DNA of 64,000 bases from an uncultured Clostridia bacterium (GTDB taxonomy: Bacteria; Bacillota; Clostridia; UMGS1810): the NCBI GenBank assembly GCA_934463115.1, contig CAKSIN010000010.1:3239-67238 (forward strand), read 5' to 3'. Below the pieces are notes generated by a model, which saw only the letters and a list, made by a program, of their open reading frames with translations, did not search any database and was not told the origin of the DNA. Shown one piece after another: positions 25,099 through 37,847 of this stretch; position 1 is the stretch's first letter; every line of letters begins with the position of its first letter. The position numbers and the translations under genes are program-made.

Positions 25099-26886
25099 AT
25101 GGCAGACCACGAGATAAGAAAAATCGGTGTTCAGGCATATATATACAGCCACGAAGAACCGACGGGCAGCCAAAGGGAACGTCTGCAGAGCTTTCTTGAA
25201 GAAAAGTATCATTCAAATGTTAATATTGTCTGGAGACAGGACAGCGGAACGCAGGACGGTTTCCGCATTGAAATAGGTACGTCTGTGTATAAGTGGAGCC
25301 TCGACAAGGTGTATGACTGGACTCCGCAGGGCAAAGGACGTCAACTCAAAGAAAAGGTAGCCGAGGCTATAAAGAACAAGAGCAACGTTATGCCGCTGAT
25401 TAAGCAGGCAATGGACGGCTGGAAACCGTCGCCCCATGCCGACGAAATCGGAACGGTTCTCACGGTCGGCGACGGAATAGCGTCGGTCGGCGGATTGGAG
25501 AGCGTATGCTACGGTGAAATTCTTGTGTTTGAATCGGGAGTAAAAGGCATGGCGCTTGAACTTCGTGGAGATGACATCGGATGCGTTTTGTTTGGAGACG
25601 ATTTTGACATTACACAGGGAAGCGTCGTTCACAGAACGGGCAAAATAGCCGGAGTACCCGTAGGCGAAAACTTTATAGGGCGTATTGTGGACGCTCTCGG
25701 CAGTCCGATAGACGGAAAAGGGTTTATAAAAGAAGACGGATATTACCCGATAGAAAGAAGCGCTCCGGGTATAATAGACCGCCAGGGAGTAAATCAGCCG
25801 CTTGAAACAGGGATTCTTGCCATAGATTCAATGTTCCCGATAGGCAGAGGGCAGCGTGAGCTCATTATCGGCGACAGACAGACCGGAAAAACCGCGATAG
25901 CGCTGGATACTATTTTAAATCAAAAAGACAAAAATGTTATTTGTATATACGTTGCAATCGGTCAGAAGGCAAGTTCGGTTGCAAGACTCGCTGAAACTCT
26001 CAGAAAGTACGGCGCCGACAAATACACGATTGTGATAAACGCTACCGCAAGTGACAGCGCGCCGCTGCAGTATGTTGCACCGTATGCCGGATGTGCTATG
26101 GGCGAATACTTTATGGAGCGCGGCAGCGATGTGCTTATAATATATGACGATTTGTCAAAGCATGCTATCGCTTATCGTGCATTGAGCCTGCTTTTGGGAC
26201 GTTCGCCGGGACGTGAGGCATATCCGGGAGATGTATTTTATCTTCATTCGCGTCTGCTGGAACGTTCGGCACATTTGAGCGATAAAAAGGGCGGCGGCAG
26301 TATGACGGCACTCCCGATTGTAGAAACACAATCCGGTGATGTTTCGGCATATATTCCGACAAACATAATATCAATTACCGACGGTCAGATTTTCCTTGAA
26401 AGCAATTTGTTCTTTGCAGGTCAGAGACCGGCGGTTAATGTGGGGCTTTCGGTGTCGCGTGTGGGCGGAGCCGCGCAGACAAAGGCTATGAAAAAGGCAG
26501 CCGGCACCATTCGACTCGACCTTGCTCAATATCGCGAGATGGAAGTTTTCACACAGTTTGCCAGTGACCTTGACGATGCAACGAAACGTCAGCTCGCATA
26601 CGGTCAAGGGCTCATGCGTATGCTTCGCCAGGGGCAGTATTCGCCGTACAGCCAGCACGAACAGGTTATAATTTTAACTGCTGCGCTTGGTCACGCAATG
26701 CAAAATATACAGCCGGACAGTGTACCGGAATTTATTTCAAAGCTTACGGCGCTTATAGAAAACAAGCATTTTGATATATGTGAAAGAATTTCAAACGACG
26801 GGGTGCTTTCCGACGAAGATAAGGACAGTATAATCAGTATTGCAAAAAAGCTTGCCGCCGATGAATTTGCAACACAGGAGATGTGA
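25099..26886 (+). CDS. atpA: F0F1 ATP synthase alpha subunit with an N-terminal delta (OSCP) C-terminal-domain-like extension
   Basis: Residues from about 95 onward are canonical alpha ([18 protein letters not shown]-loop GDRQTGKT). The first ~85 aa ([61 protein letters not shown]) follow the pattern of the delta C-terminal domain. No separate atpH lies between atpF and this ORF. Confidence 0.85.
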   Translation: MADHEIRKIGVQAYIYSHEEPTGSQRERLQSFLEEKYHSNVNIVWRQDSGTQDGFRIEIGTSVYKWSLDKVYDWTPQGKGRQLKEKVAEAIKNKSNVMPLIKQAMDGWKPSPHADEIGTVLTVGDGIASVGGLESVCYGEILVFESGVKGMALELRGDDIGCVLFGDDFDITQGSVVHRTGKIAGVPVGENFIGRIVDALGSPIDGKGFIKEDGYYPIERSAPGIIDRQGVNQPLETGILAIDSMFPIGRGQRELIIGDRQTGKTAIALDTILNQKDKNVICIYVAIGQKASSVARLAETLRKYGADKYTIVINATASDSAPLQYVAPYAGCAMGEYFMERGSDVLIIYDDLSKHAIAYRALSLLLGRSPGREAYPGDVFYLHSRLLERSAHLSDKKGGGSMTALPIVETQSGDVSAYIPTNIISITDGQIFLESNLFFAGQRPAVNVGLSVSRVGGAAQTKAMKKAAGTIRLDLAQYREMEVFTQFASDLDDATKRQLAYGQGLMRMLRQGQYSPYSQHEQVIILTAALGHAMQNIQPDSVPEFISKLTALIENKHFDICERISNDGVLSDEDKDSIISIAKKLAADEFATQEM

Positions 26887-26891
26887 TATGT

Positions 26892-29208
<2,317 letters not shown>

Positions 29209-29209
<1 letters not shown>

Positions 29210-29625
29210 TGGCAGAAATGTTTGATCTCAGTGTTCTTGCATCGGATAAAACATTTTATGTAGGCAAGTGCTCATCTCTTGTCATACCCACATCAAGCGG
29301 ATTGGCAGGAATATTGGCGCACCACCGCAATATGATAGCGGCTATTGTTCCGGGAACAATGAAATATACTGATTCGGACGGTGCGGAGCACATTGCGGCA
29401 GTGTCCAACGGAATGATAAAGGTTGAGGACGGCAATGTTCTGGTGCTTGCAGATACCGCCGAACGCCCGGAAGAGATAGATATTAACCGTGCGAAGCGTG
29501 ATGCCGAACAGGCAAAAGAGGCTATTCTGCAAAAGAAAAGCATACGCGATTACAGGTCTGCACAGGCAAGAATGGCACGTGCACTCAGCCGAATTGCCGT
29601 TGGCGATTTAAGCAGAATGAATTAG
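29209..29625 (+). CDS. atpC: F0F1 ATP synthase epsilon subunit
   Basis: 138 aa with a beta-sandwich and a helical hairpin. Last gene of the operon. Confidence 0.9.
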
Positions 29626-29639
29626 ATAGGATAATACAG

Positions 29640-29678
29640 ACGTTGTCGGCAGAGATATCTCCGGCAGCGTTTTTGTTT
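29640..29678 (+). terminator. Rho-independent terminator of the atp operon
   Basis: Stem ACGTTGTCGG/CCGGCAGCGT (10 bp, 2 G:U) followed by TTTTGTTT. Confidence 0.6.
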
Positions 29679-29756
29679 ACAAAAAATAATATTGCACAAA
29701 ACGTTTAACTGTGGTAAAATTAAAACGTTATCAATAAATATACGGAAGTGATACTT

Positions 29757-30794
29757 ATGTTTGAAAATATTAAAAACAGAGAATTTGATGTAATAGGCAT
29801 AGGAGAAGTTATGCTGAGATTGTCGCCGGGCGGAAAAGAGCGCATTTCTCAAAGTGAGACGTTTGATAAAATGGCGGGCGGCTCGGAACTTAATGTTGTG
29901 TCCGGCATAGCGCAGCTGGGATTAAGAACAGGAATTATAACAAAGCTGCCGGACAATGAGGCAGGGAAATTCGTTGAAAACAAAATACGATACAGCGGAA
30001 CCAGCAATGATTATATTATTTTTGATAAAAGCAAATCGAAACGTCTCGGAATATACTACTACGAAGGCGGTGCATATCCGCGTGTGCCGGTTGTGGAGTA
30101 CGACAGGCAAAATTCCTCTTTTCTTAGTTTTTGCAGAGATGATATTTCATCTGCGGTGTATTCGGAAACAAAGATTTTTCACTTAAGCGGAATTACTCTT
30201 GCTCTGAACGATACACTCCGCAGCGAGGTTACGGACATGGTTCGTGAATTTAAAAATAACAGCACTCTTGTCTCGTTTGATGTAAACTACCGTGCCGGGC
30301 TGTGGGATGAGGATACGGCGAGAAATACCATTCTCGGCATAATGCCGTACATAGATATATTATTTGTTTCGGAAGAAACGTCAAGACGTATGTTCGCAAA
30401 GGAAGGCAGTATAGAAGAAATTCAGCTTGAATTTGCCGAGCAGTTTCCGAATTTAAAGATGATTGCAAGCACAAAGAGAACCGTAACATCACCCACCAGA
30501 CATACATTTACATCTACGGTGCTGGATTGCACAACCAAAAACAGTTTCTCCGAGGAAGCATACAGAGATATTGAGGTTGTCGACAGAATAGGCAGCGGTG
30601 ACGCTTATGTGGCAGGTGCGCTGTTTGGGGTACTGAAGTTCGGCAGCGCCGAGGAAGCCGTTAAATTCGGCAACGCCATGGCAGCTGTAAAGAATACAAT
30701 ACCGGGCGATATGACGGTGTGCAGCTATAAGGATATATGCCGTGTGATAGACGCACATTGCAAAAAGGGAGCAGTAAGCGAAATGGTTCGGTAA
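29757..30794 (+). CDS. PfkB-family sugar kinase (2-dehydro-3-deoxygluconokinase-like)
   Basis: N-terminal GIGEVMLRL and C-terminal VVDRIGSGDAYVAGALFG (PfkB signature 2). Confidence 0.8.
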   Translation: MFENIKNREFDVIGIGEVMLRLSPGGKERISQSETFDKMAGGSELNVVSGIAQLGLRTGIITKLPDNEAGKFVENKIRYSGTSNDYIIFDKSKSKRLGIYYYEGGAYPRVPVVEYDRQNSSFLSFCRDDISSAVYSETKIFHLSGITLALNDTLRSEVTDMVREFKNNSTLVSFDVNYRAGLWDEDTARNTILGIMPYIDILFVSEETSRRMFAKEGSIEEIQLEFAEQFPNLKMIASTKRTVTSPTRHTFTSTVLDCTTKNSFSEEAYRDIEVVDRIGSGDAYVAGALFGVLKFGSAEEAVKFGNAMAAVKNTIPGDMTVCSYKDICRVIDAHCKKGAVSEMVR

Positions 30795-30800
30795 TGTTGC

Positions 30801-31448
30801 TTGGAGGTGGCGGAATTGAAACTTTTGATAATTATTTTTGAACTGATTGGAATACTGTCGTTTTCCATTTCCGGTTCGGTTGTCGGGATAAAGAAGAAAA
30901 TGGATATGTTCGGTGTCTGTATGCTGGGTATTACAACGGCTGTCGGCGGCGGAATAATCCGTGACCTTATGCTCGGCAACATACCGCCGCTGATATTTAA
31001 TTCTCCGGAGTATCTTTTCCTTGCCGCGGCGGCATCATGCATTGTCCTTATACCGTCGCTCAGGACAATAATTGAAAATGCAAGAATTTCGGAAATGCTG
31101 ATTTTTGTAACAGACACAATAGGTCTTGCGGCATTCGTTGTTGATGCGGTGAAAATCGTAATTTCATGCGGATACAAAGATAATTTTGTTTTTGTCGTAT
31201 TTGCTTCGGTTGTAACCGGTGTCGGAGGCGGAGTAATGCGCGATATGTTCGCGGAAAAAGTGCCGTATATTTTTTCAAAACACATATACGCATGCGCGGC
31301 GATTGCCGGGGCAGTCTTGTGCCTGACTATGTGGGACGCATTCGGCGCTGATATAAGTATGCTGACAGGATTTGCGGCAATAGTGATTATCCGCTGTCTT
31401 TCTGCAAGGTTCAACTGGAATTTGCCGGTGTACAATCCTCAAAAATGA
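30801..31448 (+). CDS. Trimeric intracellular cation channel / UPF0126 (YadS-like) membrane protein
   Basis: Two UPF0126 repeats (GGGIIRDLMLG and GGGVMRDMF). The start is uncertain (TTG 30801 or 30816). Confidence 0.75.
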   Translation: MEVAELKLLIIIFELIGILSFSISGSVVGIKKKMDMFGVCMLGITTAVGGGIIRDLMLGNIPPLIFNSPEYLFLAAAASCIVLIPSLRTIIENARISEMLIFVTDTIGLAAFVVDAVKIVISCGYKDNFVFVVFASVVTGVGGGVMRDMFAEKVPYIFSKHIYACAAIAGAVLCLTMWDAFGADISMLTGFAAIVIIRCLSARFNWNLPVYNPQK

Positions 31449-31528
31449 GGTTTATCCGACAGGTATAATTTTACATAATACAGAGTATAATACTACTAAA
31501 AATTATACCTATACAAGGAGAATTTGCT

Positions 31529-31768
31529 ATGTCGGATAAAAGAAATAATGTACATGAATGGCTTTTTGGTGTTTTTAAACCGCGCAAAACCTGTTCGGAT
31601 GATATTATAATGCAGGCGGACAAGGTTATTGAAAATTATATTTTTGACAAGAACAAGCTGATTCATCGCAAATGTAAAAAAGTGAGTAAATCGGAAAGAA
31701 TGTTTCCTGTATTCATGACGGCTGCCGTTATTGCGGCTGCAACTGTATTGTTTAAAATTATACTTTAG
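31529..31768 (+). CDS. Hypothetical tail-anchored small protein (79 aa)
   Basis: AAGGAGA RBS and a C-terminal TM segment (FPVFMTAAVIAAATVLFKIIL). A strong terminator follows. Confidence 0.45.
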   Translation: MSDKRNNVHEWLFGVFKPRKTCSDDIIMQADKVIENYIFDKNKLIHRKCKKVSKSERMFPVFMTAAVIAAATVLFKIIL

Positions 31769-31773
31769 GCATA

Positions 31774-31818
31774 AAAAACCACGGTACAAACTGTATTTCG
31801 GTTTGTACCGTGGTTTTT
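31774..31818. terminator. Bidirectional terminator between convergent genes
   Basis: 18-bp stem AAAAACCACGGTACAAAC/GTTTGTACCGTGGTTTTT with a 9-nt loop. Confidence 0.85.
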
Positions 31819-31820
31819 GG

Positions 31821-32390
31821 TTATTCGTGACTGACCGAAGCTATATCTTCGGTCAAAACTTTAAGTATGTTTGCGCTCACCGCAATTTGCAGTGCAAGAT
31901 CTGTCATTCTGTCAGGATTGTCGTCCGCAGCGGCGATAATCGGATTGGCAACCGCCCCGATTTTTTCGTTAATATATGCGAACGCTTTGCATTGATTGGA
32001 CGCAAAAATCCCATACATCCGACGGATTTCATCTTCGCTGTCGAGCAGGGGAATGACTTTTTGTATTGTGGGTATATTCAGTGCCTGCTTCAGCGACGAT
32101 ATCATTATCAGATATGCCAGATGAATTTTCGAATATTTCTTTTTTTGCGGTGCCGGCATTACCTTCAGCTTAACATAATTGTTTATCATGGGCGGCGTGA
32201 TTGCCATAGCTCCGTCGGACGGGGCATATGCCAGAGTGTCCGTATAGCGGTTCATAAGCACTATCACCTGATCCATGTACAAATCAATCTCCGGAAGTTC
32301 GTCCCATGTCGGTGTGCGGTATTCGGATAAAACCTTTTCCCAGCCACGCAAATGTGTTTCGAATTCATTCTTTGTGTAGTTCATTATCAC
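31821..32390 (-). CDS. DUF1836 domain protein
   Basis: 189 aa with the remembered DUF1836 pattern (LPEIDLYMDQVIVLMN...ITPPMINNYVKLKVMPAPQKKKYSK). Confidence 0.7.
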   Translation of the reverse strand: MIMNYTKNEFETHLRGWEKVLSEYRTPTWDELPEIDLYMDQVIVLMNRYTDTLAYAPSDGAMAITPPMINNYVKLKVMPAPQKKKYSKIHLAYLIMISSLKQALNIPTIQKVIPLLDSEDEIRRMYGIFASNQCKAFAYINEKIGAVANPIIAAADDNPDRMTDLALQIAVSANILKVLTEDIASVSHE

Positions 32391-32396
32391 AAATCC

Positions 32397-32921
32397 TTAT
32401 TTATCAAAATTGAAATATGTTTCCATAATTCTCGTTTTCTTAAACATAGCAAGGAGCAATATTGCAATTACGGCACCTACAACTGCCTGAACGGTGTTCA
32501 TAAATATTCCTGCCGCTGCGGCAACAGCACCCATTCCACCGCCTACGATAAGGCATTCAAAGAGAAAATAGCCGCCAACCATTATTATTTCACCGATTAT
32601 TGCGCCGATTACAGCTGCAGTAATTTTGCACCCTGATTTTTGAAAAATCATTCCTGCAACCGCTGCCGTAAGGAACTTGATTGCAAGCGTCGCCGGAGCA
32701 TAGACAGTGTAGGACGAAAGAACATCTGCCAGCATAGCGCCTATGCCTGCGGCAATTCCGCCGGTGAGCGGTCCGAGAACAAATCCGGACAGCAAAACAA
32801 TTGCTTCGCCGAGATTAAAATATCCTTTTGTGGGTGTCGGAATTTGAATGACCATTGTGCATACAAGCGTCATTGCGCACAGCATTGCTGCGGTTGTTAA
32901 TTTGCGTACATTGTTACTCAT
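32397..32921 (-). CDS. ECF transporter S component (substrate unknown)
   Basis: Start at ATG 32921 behind GGAG. Six-TM S-component pattern (LTTAAMLCAMTLVCTMVIQIPTP...NLGEAIVLLSGFVLGP). Confidence 0.7.
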   Translation of the reverse strand: MSNNVRKLTTAAMLCAMTLVCTMVIQIPTPTKGYFNLGEAIVLLSGFVLGPLTGGIAAGIGAMLADVLSSYTVYAPATLAIKFLTAAVAGMIFQKSGCKITAAVIGAIIGEIIMVGGYFLFECLIVGGGMGAVAAAAGIFMNTVQAVVGAVIAILLLAMFKKTRIMETYFNFDK

Positions 32922-34179
32922 GTAAAACATCTCCTTGTGTTGTATTTTTGCTGTACATCAGCTTTAGTACAATTGGTGTGAGCACCGATGAACATATTAT
33001 AAGAAGTATTACCGGTGTAAAATATACCGGCTGCATAAGACCTACCGAAAGTCCCTTTTGCGAGACTATCAGTGCCACCTCGCCGCGCGTCATCATACCG
33101 ACTCCTATCTTGGCAGAATCGGCTGTCGAGTATCTGCACAGTTTTGCCGCAAGGCCGCATCCGATTATTTTGGACAGCAGCGCCGCTATTACAAAGCATA
33201 TTGAAAACATCACAATTGAGCCGGTAATTCCGGAAATATCTGTTTTAATGCCTATACTTGCAAAGAAAACCGGACCGAAAAGCATGTACGAATTTATATT
33301 CATCTTGCGTTCTATGTACGGCGCGTCCTGAATGTTGCAGAGTATGACTCCGGCTATAAATGCTCCGGTAATGTCGGCAACTCCGAAAAATCTTTCTGCC
33401 GAGTATGACATAATCATACACAATGCAAGACCGAGAATGGGTATTCGCTGTGTGTGCCCGTATGCCTTGTCGAGCTTTTTAAATATTTTGTATATAAAGA
33501 ATCCGAGTCCGCCGGATACCACAAAGAACATTAGGCTGCGCAGTATAACAGCTGCGGCATTTACATCGCCCTTTCCGCTGCCCATTCCCACAACAATTGT
33601 AAGTACAATAATTCCGATAACGTCATCTATAATGGCGGCGCTTACAATTGTTGTTCCTATTTTAGTTTTGAGTTTCCCGAGCTCCGACAGCGCTTTCACC
33701 GTTATGCTTACGCTCGTGGCGGTGAGGATAACGCCTATGAACAGCGCTTTGTAAAACTCCGGAGAACCCAGCGGCGAGAAACCGTGAAATATCATATACA
33801 GCAGCGTTCCGGCAACAAGCGGAACAAATACACCGCAGCATGCCACGGCAAATGCCACGGGGCCTGTGCGCACAAGCTCCTTTAAGTCTGTGCCGAGCCC
33901 GGCGCTGAACATAAGCAGAATAACGCCGATTTCTGCCATCTGGCTCAAAAAGTCGCTCGGGCTGATAAGGGTAAGCCCAGGTTTGATTAACCCGAGAACA
34001 GATGTTGCAATCGGCCCGATTATAAGACCTGCCACAATTTCACCCACGACCTGCGGAATATTCAGTTTTCTTGCAGCTATGCCGCAAAGCTTAGCTGCAA
34101 CGATTATTATTGCCAAATCTCGGAATATCATATATGGTTGCATCTGATGTATTACCACCTTTGTAATTAATACGTTCAT
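32914..34179 (-). CDS. Cation:proton antiporter (CPA2/NapA-KefB type)
   Basis: 421 aa, about 12 TM segments, motif PQVVGEIVAGLIIGP. The start could also be 34143 or 34131. Confidence 0.8.
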   Translation of the reverse strand: MNVLITKVVIHQMQPYMIFRDLAIIIVAAKLCGIAARKLNIPQVVGEIVAGLIIGPIATSVLGLIKPGLTLISPSDFLSQMAEIGVILLMFSAGLGTDLKELVRTGPVAFAVACCGVFVPLVAGTLLYMIFHGFSPLGSPEFYKALFIGVILTATSVSITVKALSELGKLKTKIGTTIVSAAIIDDVIGIIVLTIVVGMGSGKGDVNAAAVILRSLMFFVVSGGLGFFIYKIFKKLDKAYGHTQRIPILGLALCMIMSYSAERFFGVADITGAFIAGVILCNIQDAPYIERKMNINSYMLFGPVFFASIGIKTDISGITGSIVMFSICFVIAALLSKIIGCGLAAKLCRYSTADSAKIGVGMMTRGEVALIVSQKGLSVGLMQPVYFTPVILLIICSSVLTPIVLKLMYSKNTTQGDVLHE

Positions 34180-34224
34180 TATATCACTGCATGTATGTAT
34201 TTACAATATTTAATTTCGACAAAT

Positions 34225-35352
34225 TTAGTTATATGAGCTGTCTTTCTTTGTTTCATCAATATCAAAATCGCCGAGACATTCCTTTACATCAAGTCCTACA
34301 TATTTGCAGAAATCCACCATTTCGCCTACGGTGTTAACGTTTATGTCAATTCCGTTTTTGAGACGGTCAGAGTATGCAATGATTTCCTTTTCGCCGTGGG
34401 TGTATATTCTTTGTGCGCCTTCGGCTTTCGGTGCGTCGCGCAGCTCCTGCAAAAATACCGAGAGGTGCTTCTTTATTGCCTGTGCATCGCCGAAAATCGA
34501 CGGATCAATCGCCGCAAAAGCATGACACGTTCCGCCTTTGCCGCCTATATGAGTGTGATTCGACGTTATTCCGAGCGAAAGAATGGAGCAGAATATTTCG
34601 CATACCATTCCGTAGCCGTAGCCTTTGTGGCTTCCGCTTTGCTCGGTTTCGCCGCCGAGAGGCATTATTCCGCCGCCGTTTTTTGCAACTATGTTTGTCA
34701 AAACGTCTGCCGCGTCCGACGAACCTTTTCCGTTTTTATCCAGCGCCCAGCCGTCGGGGAGAGCTTTTCCGTTTTTGTTGTACACCTCCAGCTTTCCACG
34801 CGTTACAACAGTTGTAGATGCGTCGAAGAAAAACGGGTACGGTTCTGCCGGCATGGACATTGCAATGGGGTTGCTGCCGAGCATTGCCATACGTGCAAAA
34901 GTCGGAACCATTATCGCTTCGGAGTTTGTCATGGCAAATCCTATCAGTCCCTCGTCACATGCCATTTTTGCGTAATATCCGGCAATCCCGAAATGATTGG
35001 AGTTTCTTACGCTCACAATTCCGACTCCGGATTTTTTTGCCTTTTCAATCGCTTTTTTCATAGCATAGCAGCTGTTTAGCTGCCCCATACCGTCGTGCCC
35101 GTCCACAACGGCGGAAACAGGCGTTTCAAACACAGTTTCCGGTTTCGCGTCTATTTTGATCAGTCCCTTTTCGATTCCCTTGTGGTAACGTACAAGTCTC
35201 TGCATACCGTGCGATTCAATACCGTACAGATCGGACAGAAGCAGCACATCTGTTATAAGTTTGCTGTCCGCTTCGGAAAATCCGAGTTTTCCAAATGCGG
35301 TTTCACAAAAGCTTTTCAGCTTTTCGTAACTGAAATTAATCGTTTTTGCCAT
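34225..35352 (-). CDS. Ldh family oxidoreductase (malate/L-lactate dehydrogenase type 2 family)
   Basis: 375 aa with SHGMQRL, NSNHFGIAGYY and GSHKGYGYGM motifs. Confidence 0.8.
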   Translation of the reverse strand: MAKTINFSYEKLKSFCETAFGKLGFSEADSKLITDVLLLSDLYGIESHGMQRLVRYHKGIEKGLIKIDAKPETVFETPVSAVVDGHDGMGQLNSCYAMKKAIEKAKKSGVGIVSVRNSNHFGIAGYYAKMACDEGLIGFAMTNSEAIMVPTFARMAMLGSNPIAMSMPAEPYPFFFDASTTVVTRGKLEVYNKNGKALPDGWALDKNGKGSSDAADVLTNIVAKNGGGIMPLGGETEQSGSHKGYGYGMVCEIFCSILSLGITSNHTHIGGKGGTCHAFAAIDPSIFGDAQAIKKHLSVFLQELRDAPKAEGAQRIYTHGEKEIIAYSDRLKNGIDINVNTVGEMVDFCKYVGLDVKECLGDFDIDETKKDSSYN

Positions 35353-35579
35353 TATTTTATCCTCGTTTCTGTAATATAATAATGATATCTTACCATATAA
35401 ATGTAAAAAAGTACATAGTTTTTTTGAATATTGTTTGAATTATATGGATATTTTTACATATTGTACAGCAAAAAAGATAAAAGAATTTGTTAATATAAAA
35501 TCAGCATTGATTTTTTTCCAAATATTGTATATAATATAGTGAGACAAGTTGTAAGTATATATGAACCGGAGGGATACAA

Positions 35580-37313
35580 ATGGATTACAAACAAACGTAC
35601 ACTCAGTGGCTCGAATGCCCGTATGTTGATGAAAAAACAAAATCGGAGCTCAGGGGTATAGAGAATAACGACGCGGAAATTAAGGAAAGATTTTACAAAA
35701 ATCTGGAATTCGGAACAGCCGGACTCAGAGGAATAATTGCCGCCGGCACAAACTGCATGAATATCTACACCGTGCGCAAGGCAACTCAGGGACTGTGCGA
35801 GGATATATTGAACGAGGGCGGAGACGCACCGAAACGCGGTGTGGTTATATCGTATGACTGCCGCCATATGTCGCACGAGTTTGCGCTGGAGAGCGCAAAG
35901 GTTATTGCGGCAAACGGAATCAAGGCATATATTTTTGACGAGCTTCGCCCCACACCCGAGCTTTCGTTTGCGGTTCGCCACCTGAACTGTGCCCGCGGAA
36001 TAATGATTACCGCCAGCCACAACCCCAAGGAGTACAACGGCTATAAGGCATATGGCGAAGACGGCGGTCAGCTCCCGCCCGAATCCGCCGATTATGTTGT
36101 ATCCATTATGAACAAAATCGACATATTCACCGGTGTAAAGGTTATGGACGCGGACGAGGCAAAGTCGGCAGGGCTGATTGAAGTTATCGGCGCCGAGGTT
36201 GACGACGCATACTTAAAAAAGGTTTATGAACAGTCTATAGACGAAGATACAATTCATTCTCTCGGCAAGGATTTTTCGGTTATATATTCTCCGTTTCACG
36301 GAACGGGAAACAAGCCCGTGCGCCGCATACTCGACATGATTGGATGCCAAAATGTACGCGTGGTAAAGGAGCAGGAGCTTCCGGATCCCGATTTTTCAAC
36401 AGTTAAATCTCCCAATCCCGAGGACAAAGAGGGATTTTATATAGCAATAGATATGGCGAAAAAAGAACCGGCAGACATTATATTTGCAACAGATCCCGAC
36501 GGTGACAGACTCGGTGTTATCATTAAGGATTCAAAAGGCGAATATATGACATTAAACGGTAATCAGATTGGTGTATTGCTGTATGAATTTATTGTGCGAA
36601 ACAAAAAACTCAAAGGTGTACTCCCGGATAACGGAGCCGTTATCAAGACGATTGTTACCACGTCTATGATATATCCGATAGCCGAGGCATATTCGCAAAA
36701 GGTATACGACGTCCTCACCGGATTCAAATTCATCGGCGAAAAGATAAAGCAGTTTGAAACGGGTGAGCTCGACAACACCTATGTTTTCGGATTTGAAGAA
36801 AGCTACGGCTACCTCTCCGGAACATACTGCCGCGACAAAGACGCCGTTGTTGCCGCAATGCTTGTAACGGAAATGGCAGCCGATTACAAAAAACAGGGAA
36901 TGACTCTCTGGGACGGTCTGACAGCGCTGTACAAGAAATACGGCTGCTTTATGGAACGCTTAAAGACACTGACATTCACCGGAATAGACGGCGCCGACAA
37001 GATAAAATCCATTATGGAAAAATTCCGAAGCAATCCGCCGAAGGAATTTGCCGGAATGAAGGTTCATAAGCTCTGGGATGTTCTCGCCGGAACAAAAACG
37101 GATATAGACACCGGCAGGAGCGAACCGCTGGGCTTGCCGAAATCGAACGTGCTCAGATTTGAACTGGAAAACAATTGCTGGTTTGCTCTGCGCCCGTCGG
37201 GAACAGAACCGAAGATAAAATTCTATTTCGGGGTAAACGAGCCGGATATTGACTCGGCAAACAGGAAACTTGATTTGTGCCTGACAGAGCTCGACCGTAT
37301 CATAAACAATTAA
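35580..37313 (+). CDS. pgcA: Phosphoglucomutase / phospho-sugar mutase
   Basis: Active-site TASHNPKEYNGYK and Mg loop DPDGDR. 577 aa. Confidence 0.9.
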   Translation: MDYKQTYTQWLECPYVDEKTKSELRGIENNDAEIKERFYKNLEFGTAGLRGIIAAGTNCMNIYTVRKATQGLCEDILNEGGDAPKRGVVISYDCRHMSHEFALESAKVIAANGIKAYIFDELRPTPELSFAVRHLNCARGIMITASHNPKEYNGYKAYGEDGGQLPPESADYVVSIMNKIDIFTGVKVMDADEAKSAGLIEVIGAEVDDAYLKKVYEQSIDEDTIHSLGKDFSVIYSPFHGTGNKPVRRILDMIGCQNVRVVKEQELPDPDFSTVKSPNPEDKEGFYIAIDMAKKEPADIIFATDPDGDRLGVIIKDSKGEYMTLNGNQIGVLLYEFIVRNKKLKGVLPDNGAVIKTIVTTSMIYPIAEAYSQKVYDVLTGFKFIGEKIKQFETGELDNTYVFGFEESYGYLSGTYCRDKDAVVAAMLVTEMAADYKKQGMTLWDGLTALYKKYGCFMERLKTLTFTGIDGADKIKSIMEKFRSNPPKEFAGMKVHKLWDVLAGTKTDIDTGRSEPLGLPKSNVLRFELENNCWFALRPSGTEPKIKFYFGVNEPDIDSANRKLDLCLTELDRIINN

Positions 37314-37449
37314 TCACAAATGCTGAAATGAAAATAGACCGCCCGTCACTATCGCTGCAGCCAAAAGCCCGGCGATTGTGATGAGGCGGTATTTTGTTGT
37401 CATAAAATACCGCCTGAAAAATATAAATAATTCAGAGGTGGTGTATAAT

Positions 37450-37836
37450 ATGGTGGAACATGGATATGTAAGCGCGCGTGTCACAACGTCGAACGGTGAT
37501 TTGCCGATTATCGGCGCTGTGCTCAGTGTGATACTGAACGATTCGAACATGCCGACATTGCTCGGCAAACGTACTACAGATACAAACGGACTCACATCTT
37601 CGGTGCCGGTTCCCACTCCGGACAAATCGGTGAGCCTTTCGCCGTCGGAGGAGAAACCGTATACAAATGTTGATATACGTGTGGATAGAGCGGGTTACTA
37701 CACAGTGTTTATCAAAGACGCGCAGGTGTTTGCGGGAGAAACATCTGTGGCGGGCGTTTCGCTGATTCCGTTTGCCGAAAACGAACAATTCGACAATATG
37801 TCGAAGATTTTTCAGGAAACGCCGCAGAATCTTTAG
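37450..37836 (+). CDS. Carboxypeptidase-regulatory-like domain protein resembling the N-terminal pre/pro region of spore cortex-lytic enzyme SleC
   Basis: ATG 37450 follows AGAGGTGG. The pattern GYVSARVTTSNGDLPIIGAVLSVIL...TDTNGLTS...GYYTVFI resembles remembered clostridial SleC N-termini. Confidence 0.5.
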   Translation: MVEHGYVSARVTTSNGDLPIIGAVLSVILNDSNMPTLLGKRTTDTNGLTSSVPVPTPDKSVSLSPSEEKPYTNVDIRVDRAGYYTVFIKDAQVFAGETSVAGVSLIPFAENEQFDNMSKIFQETPQNL

Positions 37837-37847
37837 GAGGTGTCCGA

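Noticed and set aside
29690-29740. AACGTTT-containing partial palindrome near the sugar kinase promoter, as a possible operator.
   Set aside because: The arms match poorly (about 7/11). There is no second occurrence and no adjacent regulator gene.
37314-37403. 29-codon hydrophobic micro-ORF on the minus strand (MTTKYRLITIAGLLAAAIVTGGLFSFQHL) downstream of pgm.
   Set aside because: The start codon sits inside the loop of the 37384-37415 hairpin. Only a weak SD-like AGGCGG is present, and I cannot assess conservation. It is plausible but unsupported.
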